The notes under the pieces: generated by a model | The model's database searches: none | The model's input: the letters and a program-made list of their open reading frames with translations, nothing else | Told to the model about the DNA's origin: nothing | Program-made: the position numbers and the translations under genes | Shown: positions 29,488 to 38,455 of the stretch, piece after piece | How the letters are laid out: each line of letters begins with the position of its first letter | How positions within the stretch are numbered: the first letter of the stretch is position 1 | Source of the DNA: Spirochaetia bacterium | GTDB lineage: Bacteria > Spirochaetota > Spirochaetia > SZUA-6 > Bin103 | Assembly (NCBI GenBank): GCA_965203055.1 | Contig: OZ241863.1 | Location: 672,001 to 736,000, forward strand | Length of the DNA: 64,000 nucleotides | Reading direction: 5' to 3'

Positions 29488-31779
29488 ATGCGCGATGCAA
29501 TAACGGCCGCCGGCGCGGTTGCGCTCGTGGTCTGCGCCCTGCTGGCGCCGGCCCCGGAGCTCGCCGCGCAGCAGCCGGACTCCGGCTGGCGCGCGGCGGT
29601 GGAGGAGGACGTGGCATACTTGTCCTCGCTGAAGCCGCCGGCGCACGGCTCCTCGGCCGAGCTGCACGCCGCCGATTACGTGCAGCGCCGCCTTACGGCG
29701 ATGGGGCTCGCTCCGCAGCTCAGCTATCTGGGCGGCGCCGGCGCCGCCCAGCCCCTCTCGGCCATCGTCGAGGCGGTCGTCCCCGGTACCCGGGAGGACG
29801 TGCTGGTGGTGGCCGTGCCCCTCGCGCCGCCGGCGCCCGCTCCCGGCGACCCGATTGGCGCCTGGCGGCGGCGGGTGGAGCCGACCGCCTCCGGGGTGGC
29901 CCCGGCGCTGGCGCTCGGCTTCGCCCGCAGCCTGGCGGGCTCGACGCAGCCGCCGCCGGTCACCGTGCGCTTCCTGTTCCTGGGCGCGGAACACGGCGCC
30001 GGCGAACCGGGCACGGCGGCCGGCAGCCGCGTGTTTCTGCAGGAGTTCCAGGCCGGCGTGCCGGTAGCGGTGCTGTATCTGGACCTGCGCGCCATTCCCA
30101 GCCACCTGGTGCCCTACGCCGGCGGCGCCGGAATCGAGTCGCCGCCGTGGCTGTTCCGGCGCGTGGTGACGGCCCTGCGCCGCGCCGGCCAGCCGCTGCG
30201 GCTGGCCGGCGCCAACACGGTTCACCTGGTGCGTCTCGGTCTGGCGCAGCAGTCGCGGCTGGCCCCGTTTCATCGAGCCGGCCACCCGGCGCTGTATCTG
30301 GCCGGCCGCTACCGGCCCGTGGACGACTCCCAACGAGACCTGTGGCTGAACCGGATGCAGGGGTTCTTCGGGCTGCTCCTGGCGTCCTTCGCCGGCGGGG
30401 TGCCCGCTGACTGGGACCGTCACTATCTGCTGTTTCATCAGCCGCGATGGACGCAGATAATCGCCGAATACGAGTACGTGATCGCGCTGCTGGCGCTGCT
30501 CGCCATGGCGGTCACCTACTGCTTCGCGGTGGCCGCGCGGCTGCGCTACTTCCTGGCTCCGCTGTGGCGCGACCTGTGGCGCGTTCCGTTGCTGGCGGCG
30601 GCCGCGTACGCGGCCATCGGCGCCGGCAGCGCGGCGGTCGGGCTGCTGTCCGAGCTGCGCGGGGTGCCTGCGCTGTGGCACGAGGCGCCTGCCTTGTTCG
30701 CGGCCCTGAAAGTGGCGGCCGCGCTCCTGGTGGCCGCCGCGCTGCGTTACCTGCGCAGTGCGCGCTGGCTGCCGCCGCCGCGGCCCGCGGTTGCCAGATT
30801 CGACTGGGCGGCCGCGGTGGTCCTGCTGGCGGCGCTCATCGGCGCCGCGGCGGCGGTCAACGTGGCGCTGACCTTTCCGCTGGTGTGGGCGCTGCTCTGC
30901 GCCTTCCTGGCGACCACTTCCCGCGACCGCTGGGTCAGATTCATCTGCATCCTGCCGGCGCCGTTCTGGATCGTTGCCGCGGCCGGCGGTCTGCTGGCCT
31001 TGCCGGCGCTGCCGTTCGTGGAGTCGGTGCTGTTCGCCTCCCCGGCCGGCGACCTGCTGACGGCCGCGGTGGCGCTGCCGTTCATCCTGCTCTGGCGCGG
31101 CGGAACGGCCGGCTTGCGGGGGCAGGATCGAAGGCGCCCGCTCTCCCGCCGGCGGACCGCGCTGCACGCCTGGACCGGGGCGCTGGCCGTGCTGTTCTGC
31201 GCCGGCTCCCTGTACGCCCTCACCATGAATCCGTACGGCGCGGGCGCCAGTCAGCCGCTTGCCGCGCGCGCCGTCGTCGATCTCGATACCGGCCGCAGCA
31301 ACCTGCACCTGTCGAGTCCGGGACCGATCGGCGCGGTAGCGATAGACATCGCCGGCGAGGAACGGTCGGTGACCACCCGGCAGCGGCAGTTCACCGTGCC
31401 GGCGCCGACGCTGACCGGACTGATGACCGTCACCGAGTCGGCGGAGACCTACCGCGACCGCCATACCGTAGCGCTCGGCCTGGCCCCGGCCGGTCAGCCC
31501 CGCGAGCTGCGCCTCACCCTGGAGTCGGATGACGAGTTCACGCTGCTCGGCGCCAGCCACCGGTTCCACAAGCTGGACCAGGGCAGCTACCGCCTCCTGA
31601 TCGGCCCCGCGCCACCCAATCCGCTGGCCCTGAACCTGACCGTGCCCCGCAACCTGAAGTTGGTGCTTCGCTACGAGTTGGAGTACGACCGGGCGCCCGT
31701 GCCGGTCACCGTCGCGGCGGGTGACATGACCGTGCTCACCTCCACCCAGGTGCGCGGCTCGATCCCCATCTCGAGCTGA
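29488..31779 (+). CDS. Membrane protein with N-terminal M28-peptidase-like domain
   Basis: Signal peptide; VRFLFLGAEHG and LYLDL M28-like strands; multiple TM helices; soluble C-terminal domain. Confidence 0.6.
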   Translation: MRDAITAAGAVALVVCALLAPAPELAAQQPDSGWRAAVEEDVAYLSSLKPPAHGSSAELHAADYVQRRLTAMGLAPQLSYLGGAGAAQPLSAIVEAVVPGTREDVLVVAVPLAPPAPAPGDPIGAWRRRVEPTASGVAPALALGFARSLAGSTQPPPVTVRFLFLGAEHGAGEPGTAAGSRVFLQEFQAGVPVAVLYLDLRAIPSHLVPYAGGAGIESPPWLFRRVVTALRRAGQPLRLAGANTVHLVRLGLAQQSRLAPFHRAGHPALYLAGRYRPVDDSQRDLWLNRMQGFFGLLLASFAGGVPADWDRHYLLFHQPRWTQIIAEYEYVIALLALLAMAVTYCFAVAARLRYFLAPLWRDLWRVPLLAAAAYAAIGAGSAAVGLLSELRGVPALWHEAPALFAALKVAAALLVAAALRYLRSARWLPPPRPAVARFDWAAAVVLLAALIGAAAAVNVALTFPLVWALLCAFLATTSRDRWVRFICILPAPFWIVAAAGGLLALPALPFVESVLFASPAGDLLTAAVALPFILLWRGGTAGLRGQDRRRPLSRRRTALHAWTGALAVLFCAGSLYALTMNPYGAGASQPLAARAVVDLDTGRSNLHLSSPGPIGAVAIDIAGEERSVTTRQRQFTVPAPTLTGLMTVTESAETYRDRHTVALGLAPAGQPRELRLTLESDDEFTLLGASHRFHKLDQGSYRLLIGPAPPNPLALNLTVPRNLKLVLRYELEYDRAPVPVTVAAGDMTVLTSTQVRGSIPISS

Positions 31780-31850
31780 CGCCGTTGACCCTGCCATCCA
31801 AGCGGCTCGGTTTGGCGCTACACTGACGGCGTACCCATGAGCGGCGCACC

Positions 31851-33908
31851 ATGAGCACTGCCCGGCAGGCGCGCTACGCCGAGCTGACCACCCTGCTGCA
31901 TCGCTGCGATCACGAGTACTACGTCCTGGCGCGGCCGACGGTGGAGGACGCGGAATACGATCGCCTGTTCGACGAGCTGCTGCGGCTGGAGCGCGACCAC
32001 CCGGAGTTGCGCCGGCCCGACTCGCCAAGCGCCAGGATCGGCTCCGACCTCAGCGCGGAGTTGCCGGAGGCAGCCCATACGGTGCCGGTGCTGAGCCTCG
32101 ACAAAGCCTACACCGCGGCGGAGGTGAGTTCGTGGATGGCGAAGACCGACGCCGCGGCCGGGCGCCCGCTGAGCTATGTCGTGGAGGAGAAGATCGACGG
32201 CTCCGCCATTGTCCTGTACTACGAGGAGGGCCGGCTGGCGCGCGCCGTGACCCGCGGCAACGGCGCGGTGGGCAACGACGTCACGGCCAACGTACGCACC
32301 ATCCGCAGCGTGCCGCGGCGCCTGCCGGAGCCGGTCGAGGTTGCCGTGCGCGGCGAGATCTTTCTGCCGCGGGCCGACTTCGCGCGCCTCAACGCCGCCG
32401 CCGAGGCGCCCTACGCCAACCCGCGCAACTTCGCCGCCGGCGCGGTGCGGCGCGTAAAGAGCCGCGACGTGGCGGCCATTCCGCTGCGGCTGGTGGCCTA
32501 CGAGGGCACGTTTGCCAGCGACCCGCCCGCCGACCACGCCGCGGCGATGGACCGGTTGCGGGCGTTGGGCTTTCCGGTCAACGGCAGCAACCGGCTGCTG
32601 GCGCCGGCGGAGCTGCTGGAACAGGCGCAGGCGCGCCATCCGGCGTGGAACGCGGCGCCGGCGGCGGAGCTGCCGGCGGTACTGCAGGCCGCCGGCGAGC
32701 GGCGTGCGGCGCTCGACTACGAGATCGACGGCCTGGTGATCAAGGTCAACGAGCTGGCGGCGCGGGACTCGCTGGGGGTTACCGGACATCACCCGCGCTG
32801 GGCGCTGGCGTTCAAGTTCGACGCGCCGCAGGGGGAGACCGAGGTACGGGAGATCAACGTCCAGGTGGGGCGCACCGGGCGCATCACGCCGGTCGCGCGC
32901 GTCGCGCCGGTGGCGATCGCCGGCACCACCGTGGCCAACGTCACGCTGCACAACCAGGACTACGTGGACACCCTGGAGCTCGCGGTCGGCGATCGGGTGG
33001 CGGTGTCGAAGCGGGGCGACGTGATTCCGGCGGTGGAGCGGGTGCTGGACAAGAACGAGCAGGGCAACACCACCTGGCGCCTGCCGGAGCGCTGTCCGGA
33101 ATGCGGCGCCGCGCTGGAGTTGAGCGGGGCGCATCACTTCTGCCGCAACCAGCGCTGCCGCGCGCAGGTGCGCGGGCGCATCCGCTTCTTCGCCGCGCGC
33201 GGGCAGATGGACATCGACCATCTCGGAACGGAAACCCTCGACCAACTGATCGACGCCGAAGTGCTGGCGGACGTGGACGACATATTCACCTTCGACGTGG
33301 ACGCCCTGCTGGAATGGGACGGGTTCGGCCCCCGCAAGGTGGCCCTGCTGAAGGAGGGGATCGAACGCAGCCGCGGGCGGCCCTTTCGCACGGTGCTGCC
33401 GGCGCTGGGCATGCCGGAAATCGGCCCCAAGGCAACCGAGTTGCTGATCGACGCCGGCTATTACGACATCGACCGCTTGCTGCAGGCCGCCGAGCAGGGC
33501 GACCCCGAACCGCTCACCGCCATCGAGGGGATCGGCGAGAAGACCGCCGCGGCGATCATCGCGCAGCTCACCGACGCCGCCAACCGGCGCCGCATCGACG
33601 CCCTGCGCGCCGCCGGGCTGCGCTTTGCGGCCGACCCGCCGCGCGCGCCGGCCGCGGCCGAGGAGGGCGGAGCGTTCGCCGGCCAAGTGTGGTGCGTGAC
33701 CGGCAGCTTCACCAGTTTCCGGCCGCGCGAGCAGGCCGCGCAGGCGATCAGCGAGCGCGGCGGCCGGGTGGCCGCGGGGGTTACCTCCCGCACCAGCCAT
33801 CTGCTGGCCGGACGCTCGCCCGGCAGCAAGCTCGGCAAGGCGCAACGCCTCGGCGTCACGGTGGTGTCGGAAGAGGAGTTTCTGCGCCTGCTGGAGGAAG
33901 CGGAGTAG
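31851..33908 (+). CDS. ligA: NAD-dependent DNA ligase
   Basis: EEKIDG adenylation motif, TRGNG, NPRN, QVGRTG, Cys4 zinc finger, BRCT. Confidence 0.97.
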   Translation: MSTARQARYAELTTLLHRCDHEYYVLARPTVEDAEYDRLFDELLRLERDHPELRRPDSPSARIGSDLSAELPEAAHTVPVLSLDKAYTAAEVSSWMAKTDAAAGRPLSYVVEEKIDGSAIVLYYEEGRLARAVTRGNGAVGNDVTANVRTIRSVPRRLPEPVEVAVRGEIFLPRADFARLNAAAEAPYANPRNFAAGAVRRVKSRDVAAIPLRLVAYEGTFASDPPADHAAAMDRLRALGFPVNGSNRLLAPAELLEQAQARHPAWNAAPAAELPAVLQAAGERRAALDYEIDGLVIKVNELAARDSLGVTGHHPRWALAFKFDAPQGETEVREINVQVGRTGRITPVARVAPVAIAGTTVANVTLHNQDYVDTLELAVGDRVAVSKRGDVIPAVERVLDKNEQGNTTWRLPERCPECGAALELSGAHHFCRNQRCRAQVRGRIRFFAARGQMDIDHLGTETLDQLIDAEVLADVDDIFTFDVDALLEWDGFGPRKVALLKEGIERSRGRPFRTVLPALGMPEIGPKATELLIDAGYYDIDRLLQAAEQGDPEPLTAIEGIGEKTAAAIIAQLTDAANRRRIDALRAAGLRFAADPPRAPAAAEEGGAFAGQVWCVTGSFTSFRPREQAAQAISERGGRVAAGVTSRTSHLLAGRSPGSKLGKAQRLGVTVVSEEEFLRLLEEAE

Positions 33909-33947
33909 CGCGCCGCGCGTCCTCGCGCACGCCGCCTTGCGCCGTGC

Positions 33948-35135
33948 TCATGGCACGAGCTGGATGATGCCGCGACGGCCGTTGATCAGCCATTCCGGAT
34001 CCTGCCGCGCCAGCGCCGCGGCCTGGCCGGGCGCCAGCCCGGTCACCAGCTCGCTCTTGAGGGTGCGCAGGATCAACGCCGGCGCCGGCAGGTAGGCCGC
34101 GATGGCGCCGGTGTCGGCGTGGTGCGGCCAGCGCCGGTCGGAGAGCAGCCGGCGGTAGTTGACGTCGCCCTTGAACAGCACCAGATCCGCCTGCGCCAGC
34201 TCCCCCGCCAAGTCGGGCGGCAGCTCCGGGTAGTGGTGCGGACCGTTCCAGAACCAGTGCGCCTGCAGGCGCAGGCGCCCCTCGGCCAGCGCCCGGTCGA
34301 GGCGCCGGCCGAGCGCCGCCGCCGGCTCCTCCTGGGCGCGCAGCAGGTTCACGGTGGCATGCGCGTCGCCGGCGGTGGCGTCGGAAACGAAGAACGGGGC
34401 GTCCTTGAGGTGCAGCCGAACCTGCCGCGCGCCCCCGGCAAGCAGGTGATCCACCAGCAGCAGGTCGCACGTCAGTTCCGCGCCGGCGTTGTCGGTGACC
34501 ACGTCCAGCCGCCGCGCCGCGGCCAGGCGATGCGCGGCCGCGGCGGCGTGGTCGATTACCAGCTCCCCGGCGGCGGGGGCGGCTGCGGCGACCACCGCGG
34601 CGGCGCCGCCGCGCTCGATTTCATAGTTGGAGAGGTCAACCCGATTGCCCCACAACGAGGAGCGCAGCAGCGCCGGCAGCGGCGCGCCCGCCAGCGCCGC
34701 CGCCAACTGCGGGCCGCTGCGGCGCAGCTCCGCGGCCTTGAGGGCGGCGAACGGATCACGCCCGTAGCCGGCCGCGGCCGGGTCGTAGTATCCCGCGGCG
34801 CTGAGCACCCGCAGGTAGAAGCAGGCTTCGGCCTGGTACCAGGGCAGGTCGAGCCACGCCGCCCCCAGCAGCGGCCGCAGCGCCTGCCGCCAAGCGCGCC
34901 GCTCGCCGGGCAGCAGCCGCGGGCCGCGTCCGCCGGCCCACGGATCGCTGAGCCGCCCGCGGCGAATCTCCTCCGCCAGGCGGCGCAGCTCCGATTCGCT
35001 GCCGGGCGCCAACCCGGCGCCGGCGAGCAGGTCGCCGATGATGGCGTGCTTGCGTTGCACGATGGTGCGCCGCGCGAAGGAACCGGGCGTTCCGGTCCAC
35101 AACGGCGGCGGCGGAGCCGCGGCGTCCGGTTTCAT
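33948..35135 (-). CDS. Damage-control phosphatase, ARMT1/DUF89 family
   Basis: DPFAALK, LWGNRVDLS, DNAGAEL..D, FFVSDA, KGDVNYRRL, RTLKS. Confidence 0.88.
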   Translation of the reverse strand: MKPDAAAPPPPLWTGTPGSFARRTIVQRKHAIIGDLLAGAGLAPGSESELRRLAEEIRRGRLSDPWAGGRGPRLLPGERRAWRQALRPLLGAAWLDLPWYQAEACFYLRVLSAAGYYDPAAAGYGRDPFAALKAAELRRSGPQLAAALAGAPLPALLRSSLWGNRVDLSNYEIERGGAAAVVAAAAPAAGELVIDHAAAAAHRLAAARRLDVVTDNAGAELTCDLLLVDHLLAGGARQVRLHLKDAPFFVSDATAGDAHATVNLLRAQEEPAAALGRRLDRALAEGRLRLQAHWFWNGPHHYPELPPDLAGELAQADLVLFKGDVNYRRLLSDRRWPHHADTGAIAAYLPAPALILRTLKSELVTGLAPGQAAALARQDPEWLINGRRGIIQLVP

Positions 35136-35167
35136 CGCCGCCGGCAATCCGGTAGGGTAACGCCGCC

Positions 35168-36565
35168 ATGGCAACCTGGGAGGCCCCGGTGCTGGCCATC
35201 GACGTCGGCACGTCGGCCGTCAAGTGCGCTCTGGTGCGGGCGGACGGCGCTACCACGCTCGCCGCGCAGCCGATCACCGCCGCGGCCGCCGCCGGCGGGG
35301 TGCATGAGGTCGATGCCGAAGCGTGGCTGCGCGCCATCGCGCGCAACGTGGCGGCGCTCGGAGCGCCGCGCGCCCTGGCCGCCGTGGTGGTAACGGGCAA
35401 CGGCCCGACGGTGGTGCCGGCCGGCGCCGACGCCCGCCCCCTGCATCCGGCCATCACCTGGCTGGACCGGCGCAGCGGCCCCGAAGCACGCCTCATTGCC
35501 GAGCGCACCGGGCGCCGGCGCGAGGCCGGCTTCTTCTTGTCCAAGATATTCTGGGTATATCGGCACGCGCCGCTAGTGTATCGCCAGACCCGCGGCTTCG
35601 TCTCCGGCCCCGAGTACGTGGAACTGCGCCTCACCGGCCACTGGCACACCAATCTGCCGGCGCCGGGGTTTCAGCGCTTCTACTGGACTTCCGAACTGGC
35701 CGCGGACCTGGGCATAGACCCGGCCAAGCTGCCGCCGTTCGTGGCCACCGGAACTCCGGTGGGCGCCACCTCGCCGCGCGCCGCCGGCGAACTGGGCATT
35801 CCCGCGGCGGTGCCGGTCTTCGCCGGCGCTCCCGATTACGTCATGGCGCTGCTCGGAACCGCGGCCGTGACCGAGGGCGACACCTGCTATCGGTCGGGCA
35901 GCTCGGACGGCGTCAATCATTGCTCTGCGCGCCCGGTCGGCGACCCGCGGCTGTTGTGTCTGCCGCACGTGGTCGACGGCCTGTTCACGGTGTCGGGCGT
36001 GATCTCCACCACCGGAACGGCGCTGGAGTGGTTTGCGCGGCTGGCGGCTGACGACGGCTCGCTGTTCCGGCGGGCGGCGCGCGCCCCGGCGGGCGCCGGC
36101 GGCGTCTTGTTCCTGCCCTATCTGGCCGGCGAGCGCACCCCGCTGTGGCGAGACGACGTGCGCGGCGTGTTCAGCGGCCTGGGCCTGGAGCATGGGCGTC
36201 TGGAGCTGGCGCGCGCGGTCCTGGAGGGAGTGGGGTACGCGCTCCGCGACAGCGTCAGCCTGATCGAAGCGCACGGCGGCGCGGTGGACGAGATCCGGCT
36301 GTCGGGGGCGCGCGGCGGGGCGCGCTGGCTCAACCAGATCAAGGCCGACATCGTCGGCCGCCGGCTGCTCGTGCCCGCGTCACTGGATGCGGAACTCACC
36401 GGCTGCGCCTGCGTCGCCGCCCGCGCCCTGGGGAGGGACCCCAGCTTCGGCGCCGCGGCCAACCGTCTGGTGCGGATGGTCGATACCATCGAGCCGCGCG
36501 CCGACCACGCGGCGCGCTACGCCGAGGGGTTCGCGCGTTACAAACGGGAGCAGGCGCGGCTGTAG
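35168..36565 (+). CDS. FGGY-family carbohydrate kinase (xylulokinase-like)
   Basis: AIDVGTSAVK, ITWLDRR, FLPYLAGERTP, RAVLEGV, QIKADI. Confidence 0.9.
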   Translation: MATWEAPVLAIDVGTSAVKCALVRADGATTLAAQPITAAAAAGGVHEVDAEAWLRAIARNVAALGAPRALAAVVVTGNGPTVVPAGADARPLHPAITWLDRRSGPEARLIAERTGRRREAGFFLSKIFWVYRHAPLVYRQTRGFVSGPEYVELRLTGHWHTNLPAPGFQRFYWTSELAADLGIDPAKLPPFVATGTPVGATSPRAAGELGIPAAVPVFAGAPDYVMALLGTAAVTEGDTCYRSGSSDGVNHCSARPVGDPRLLCLPHVVDGLFTVSGVISTTGTALEWFARLAADDGSLFRRAARAPAGAGGVLFLPYLAGERTPLWRDDVRGVFSGLGLEHGRLELARAVLEGVGYALRDSVSLIEAHGGAVDEIRLSGARGGARWLNQIKADIVGRRLLVPASLDAELTGCACVAARALGRDPSFGAAANRLVRMVDTIEPRADHAARYAEGFARYKREQARL

Positions 36566-36588
36566 GGGCCGCGGACGGGCGTCGGGCG

Positions 36589-37182
36589 CTACCTCTTGCC
36601 GGGTCCGAACATGCTGCTCAGTTCCTGCTTGACCTGCTGCAGCACGTTGCCGTAGCGATCTTCCAGCAGGGCCATCTGCTGGCGCAGGAGCTGAACGTAT
36701 TCCGGGTCGGTGGCCGGATCGAGCCGCACCCGCGTGCCGGTGCGGCGCGCCAACTCCTCCTCCTTCTGCTGCAGGCGCGGGCCGTACTGGCGATCGACGT
36801 TCTGCTTGAGCTGCTGGCGCTCCTGGAAGTATTCGGCGAAGAACTGCTCGATCTGCTGGCCCATGATCCGCAACCGGCGCTGGTCGCGGAGGATGGCGGA
36901 GAAGCCCTCCATCGCGCGGCGGTTGCGCTTGATTCCATACTCGTCGCTGGGTAGCGCCAGGTTGGAACTCAAGGCATCGAACACGCCCTGACTCAGCCAT
37001 TGGCGTTCCTTGCCGTCATGTTTGCGGATGTTGCGCGCCAGCGAAAACTCGGGATCGTTCAGAAATTGCGACACCAGCTTCTTGCCGGCGGTGACGAAGC
37101 CGCTGGCTTGCAGATTCTCCGGATCGGCCGGCACGTCCTTGGTGCGTTCCAGCGCGATCTCCAACGACGACTTGATGCTCAT
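36589..37182 (-). CDS. Conserved hypothetical protein (DUF6657-like)
   Basis: GGGAGGAG RBS, ATG 37182; IKSSLEIALERT N-terminus; DPEY near C-terminus. Confidence 0.7.
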   Translation of the reverse strand: MSIKSSLEIALERTKDVPADPENLQASGFVTAGKKLVSQFLNDPEFSLARNIRKHDGKERQWLSQGVFDALSSNLALPSDEYGIKRNRRAMEGFSAILRDQRRLRIMGQQIEQFFAEYFQERQQLKQNVDRQYGPRLQQKEEELARRTGTRVRLDPATDPEYVQLLRQQMALLEDRYGNVLQQVKQELSSMFGPGKR

Positions 37183-37255
37183 GGCGACTCCTCCCGTTAC
37201 CACGGTGCGGGTCCCGGCGGCCATGGCCGCCCCGGCGCCCGCCGCCGCGTGCTTC

Positions 37256-37810
37256 TCAGGCCGTGGCGCTGCCGGCCAGGACCAGATCGACGGCCACGTC
37301 GTGGGGCGCGCGCGGCACCTGCGACACCAGTTGCTCCGGCATGCATACCCCCACCAGCAGCGCCGCCGGACACCCGCGGCGCACCTGCGCCAACAGCCGG
37401 TCGTAATGCCCGCCGCCCCAGCCGAGGCGGCCGCCGGCGTCGTCGAACGCCGCGCCCGGCACCAGCACCAGCGTCGCCGCCGGCAGCTCGTCCACCTCCA
37501 GCCGCGGCGCCGAGGCCGGCGGTTCCGCCACCCCGCGGTAGCCGGGGCGCAAGCCGGCGAGGTCATCTGTCCGGTGGAAGCGAAGCTGCGTACCGACTAC
37601 CCGCGGCAGCCCGACCGTCATCCCGGCGCCCAGGGCCGCGGCCAGCGCCGGCGCCGTGGCGGGCTCCCGGCCGGTCGCGGCGAATCCCAACAGGCAGCGC
37701 AACCCGCGCCACTCACGGCGCGCCGCCAGCTCGGCGGCCAGGGCCCGGCCGGCGGCGGCGAACCGCTCCGCCGGCAGGCCTTGCAACCGGAGCCGCACCG
37801 CCGCGCGCAC
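37256..37810 (-). CDS. 5-formyltetrahydrofolate cyclo-ligase (start uncertain)
   Basis: GLPRV, GVAEP, LVPGAAFD..GGRLGWGGGHYDRLL, PHDVAVD. Confidence 0.88.
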   Translation of the reverse strand: MRAAVRLRLQGLPAERFAAAGRALAAELAARREWRGLRCLLGFAATGREPATAPALAAALGAGMTVGLPRVVGTQLRFHRTDDLAGLRPGYRGVAEPPASAPRLEVDELPAATLVLVPGAAFDDAGGRLGWGGGHYDRLLAQVRRGCPAALLVGVCMPEQLVSQVPRAPHDVAVDLVLAGSATA

Positions 37811-37848
37811 CGCCTGCTTGCCGGCGGCGGCGCGGCTACCGATGTGTT

Positions 37849-37921
37849 TCGGGCTGGGCGGACTTGAACCGCCGACCCCACGCCCCCCAGACGTGTACGC
37901 TACCAACTGCGCCACAGCCCG
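37849..37921 (-). tRNA. tRNA-Pro (GGG)
   Basis: CGGGCTG acceptor stem, D-loop GCAGTTGGTAGC, anticodon arm CACGT-CTGGGGG-GCGTG, T-loop GGTTCAAGTCC; CCA not encoded. Confidence 0.95.
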
Positions 37922-37933
37922 CTAACCGGCGCG

Positions 37934-37962
37934 AATGTAGCACCGGGCGCGGCGCGGGTCAA
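37934..37962 (-). promoter_or_regulatory. Promoter of tRNA-Pro
   Basis: TTGACC, 17 bp, TACATT, then a GC-rich discriminator. Confidence 0.65.
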
Positions 37963-37993
37963 CGCCGCCTGCTCCCGCTTCTTCCGCTTCCGG

Positions 37994-38446
37994 TCACCGG
38001 GCGGCGGCGGGCGGCAGAAACTCGCGGAACTCATATTCCACGCGCCCGTCGTCGGCGACCGACATCGCCGCGTGGCCGTCGCGGACCAGCCGGTCGAGCG
38101 CGCCTTCCGCCTCCGCCACCGACAGGGCGGTGTCGATGGCGATCAGCGCCGGCGTCACCCGGCCATGGTGGCGGCGCGCGATGCGCAGTATCTCGGTTTG
38201 CGGATCCGGCGGCGCCGGCGCCTGCCGGCGCCGCGAGACACCGACCCGGCGCAGCGACAGGATCCCCTTGACCGCCGGCAGCACGCCCAGGAAGACCAGC
38301 GGAAACCCCCAGAACCAGCCGCCCTGGAACAACAGCAGGGCGCCGAACAGCGCACTGAAGATCAATCCGCTGGCCAGCGCGCCTTCCGCCTGCTTGCGCT
38401 CCTTGCGCAGGCGCTTGCCCTCGCCCTGCTCGCGTTCGCCGCTCAT
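37994..38446 (-). CDS. Two-TM membrane protein with C-terminal winged-helix-like domain
   Basis: Two hydrophobic helices; ILRIARRHHGRVTP..LSVAEAEGALDRLV..G..YEF. Confidence 0.7.
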   Translation of the reverse strand: MSGEREQGEGKRLRKERKQAEGALASGLIFSALFGALLLFQGGWFWGFPLVFLGVLPAVKGILSLRRVGVSRRRQAPAPPDPQTEILRIARRHHGRVTPALIAIDTALSVAEAEGALDRLVRDGHAAMSVADDGRVEYEFREFLPPAAAR

Positions 38447-38455
38447 GGCGCCAGC

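Noticed and set aside
28933..32028. 1031-aa minus-strand ORF
   Set aside because: Only the last 169 aa (nitroreductase) are real; the rest is antisense to the M28-like gene and ligA.
37811..37915. N-terminal extension of the cyclo-ligase ORF (MAQLVAYTSGGRGVGGSSP)
   Set aside because: This is the tRNA-Pro sequence read as protein.
37849..37921. tRNA genes as integration sites for an island or prophage
   Set aside because: No integrase and no duplicated tRNA 3' end noticed; flanking genes are housekeeping.
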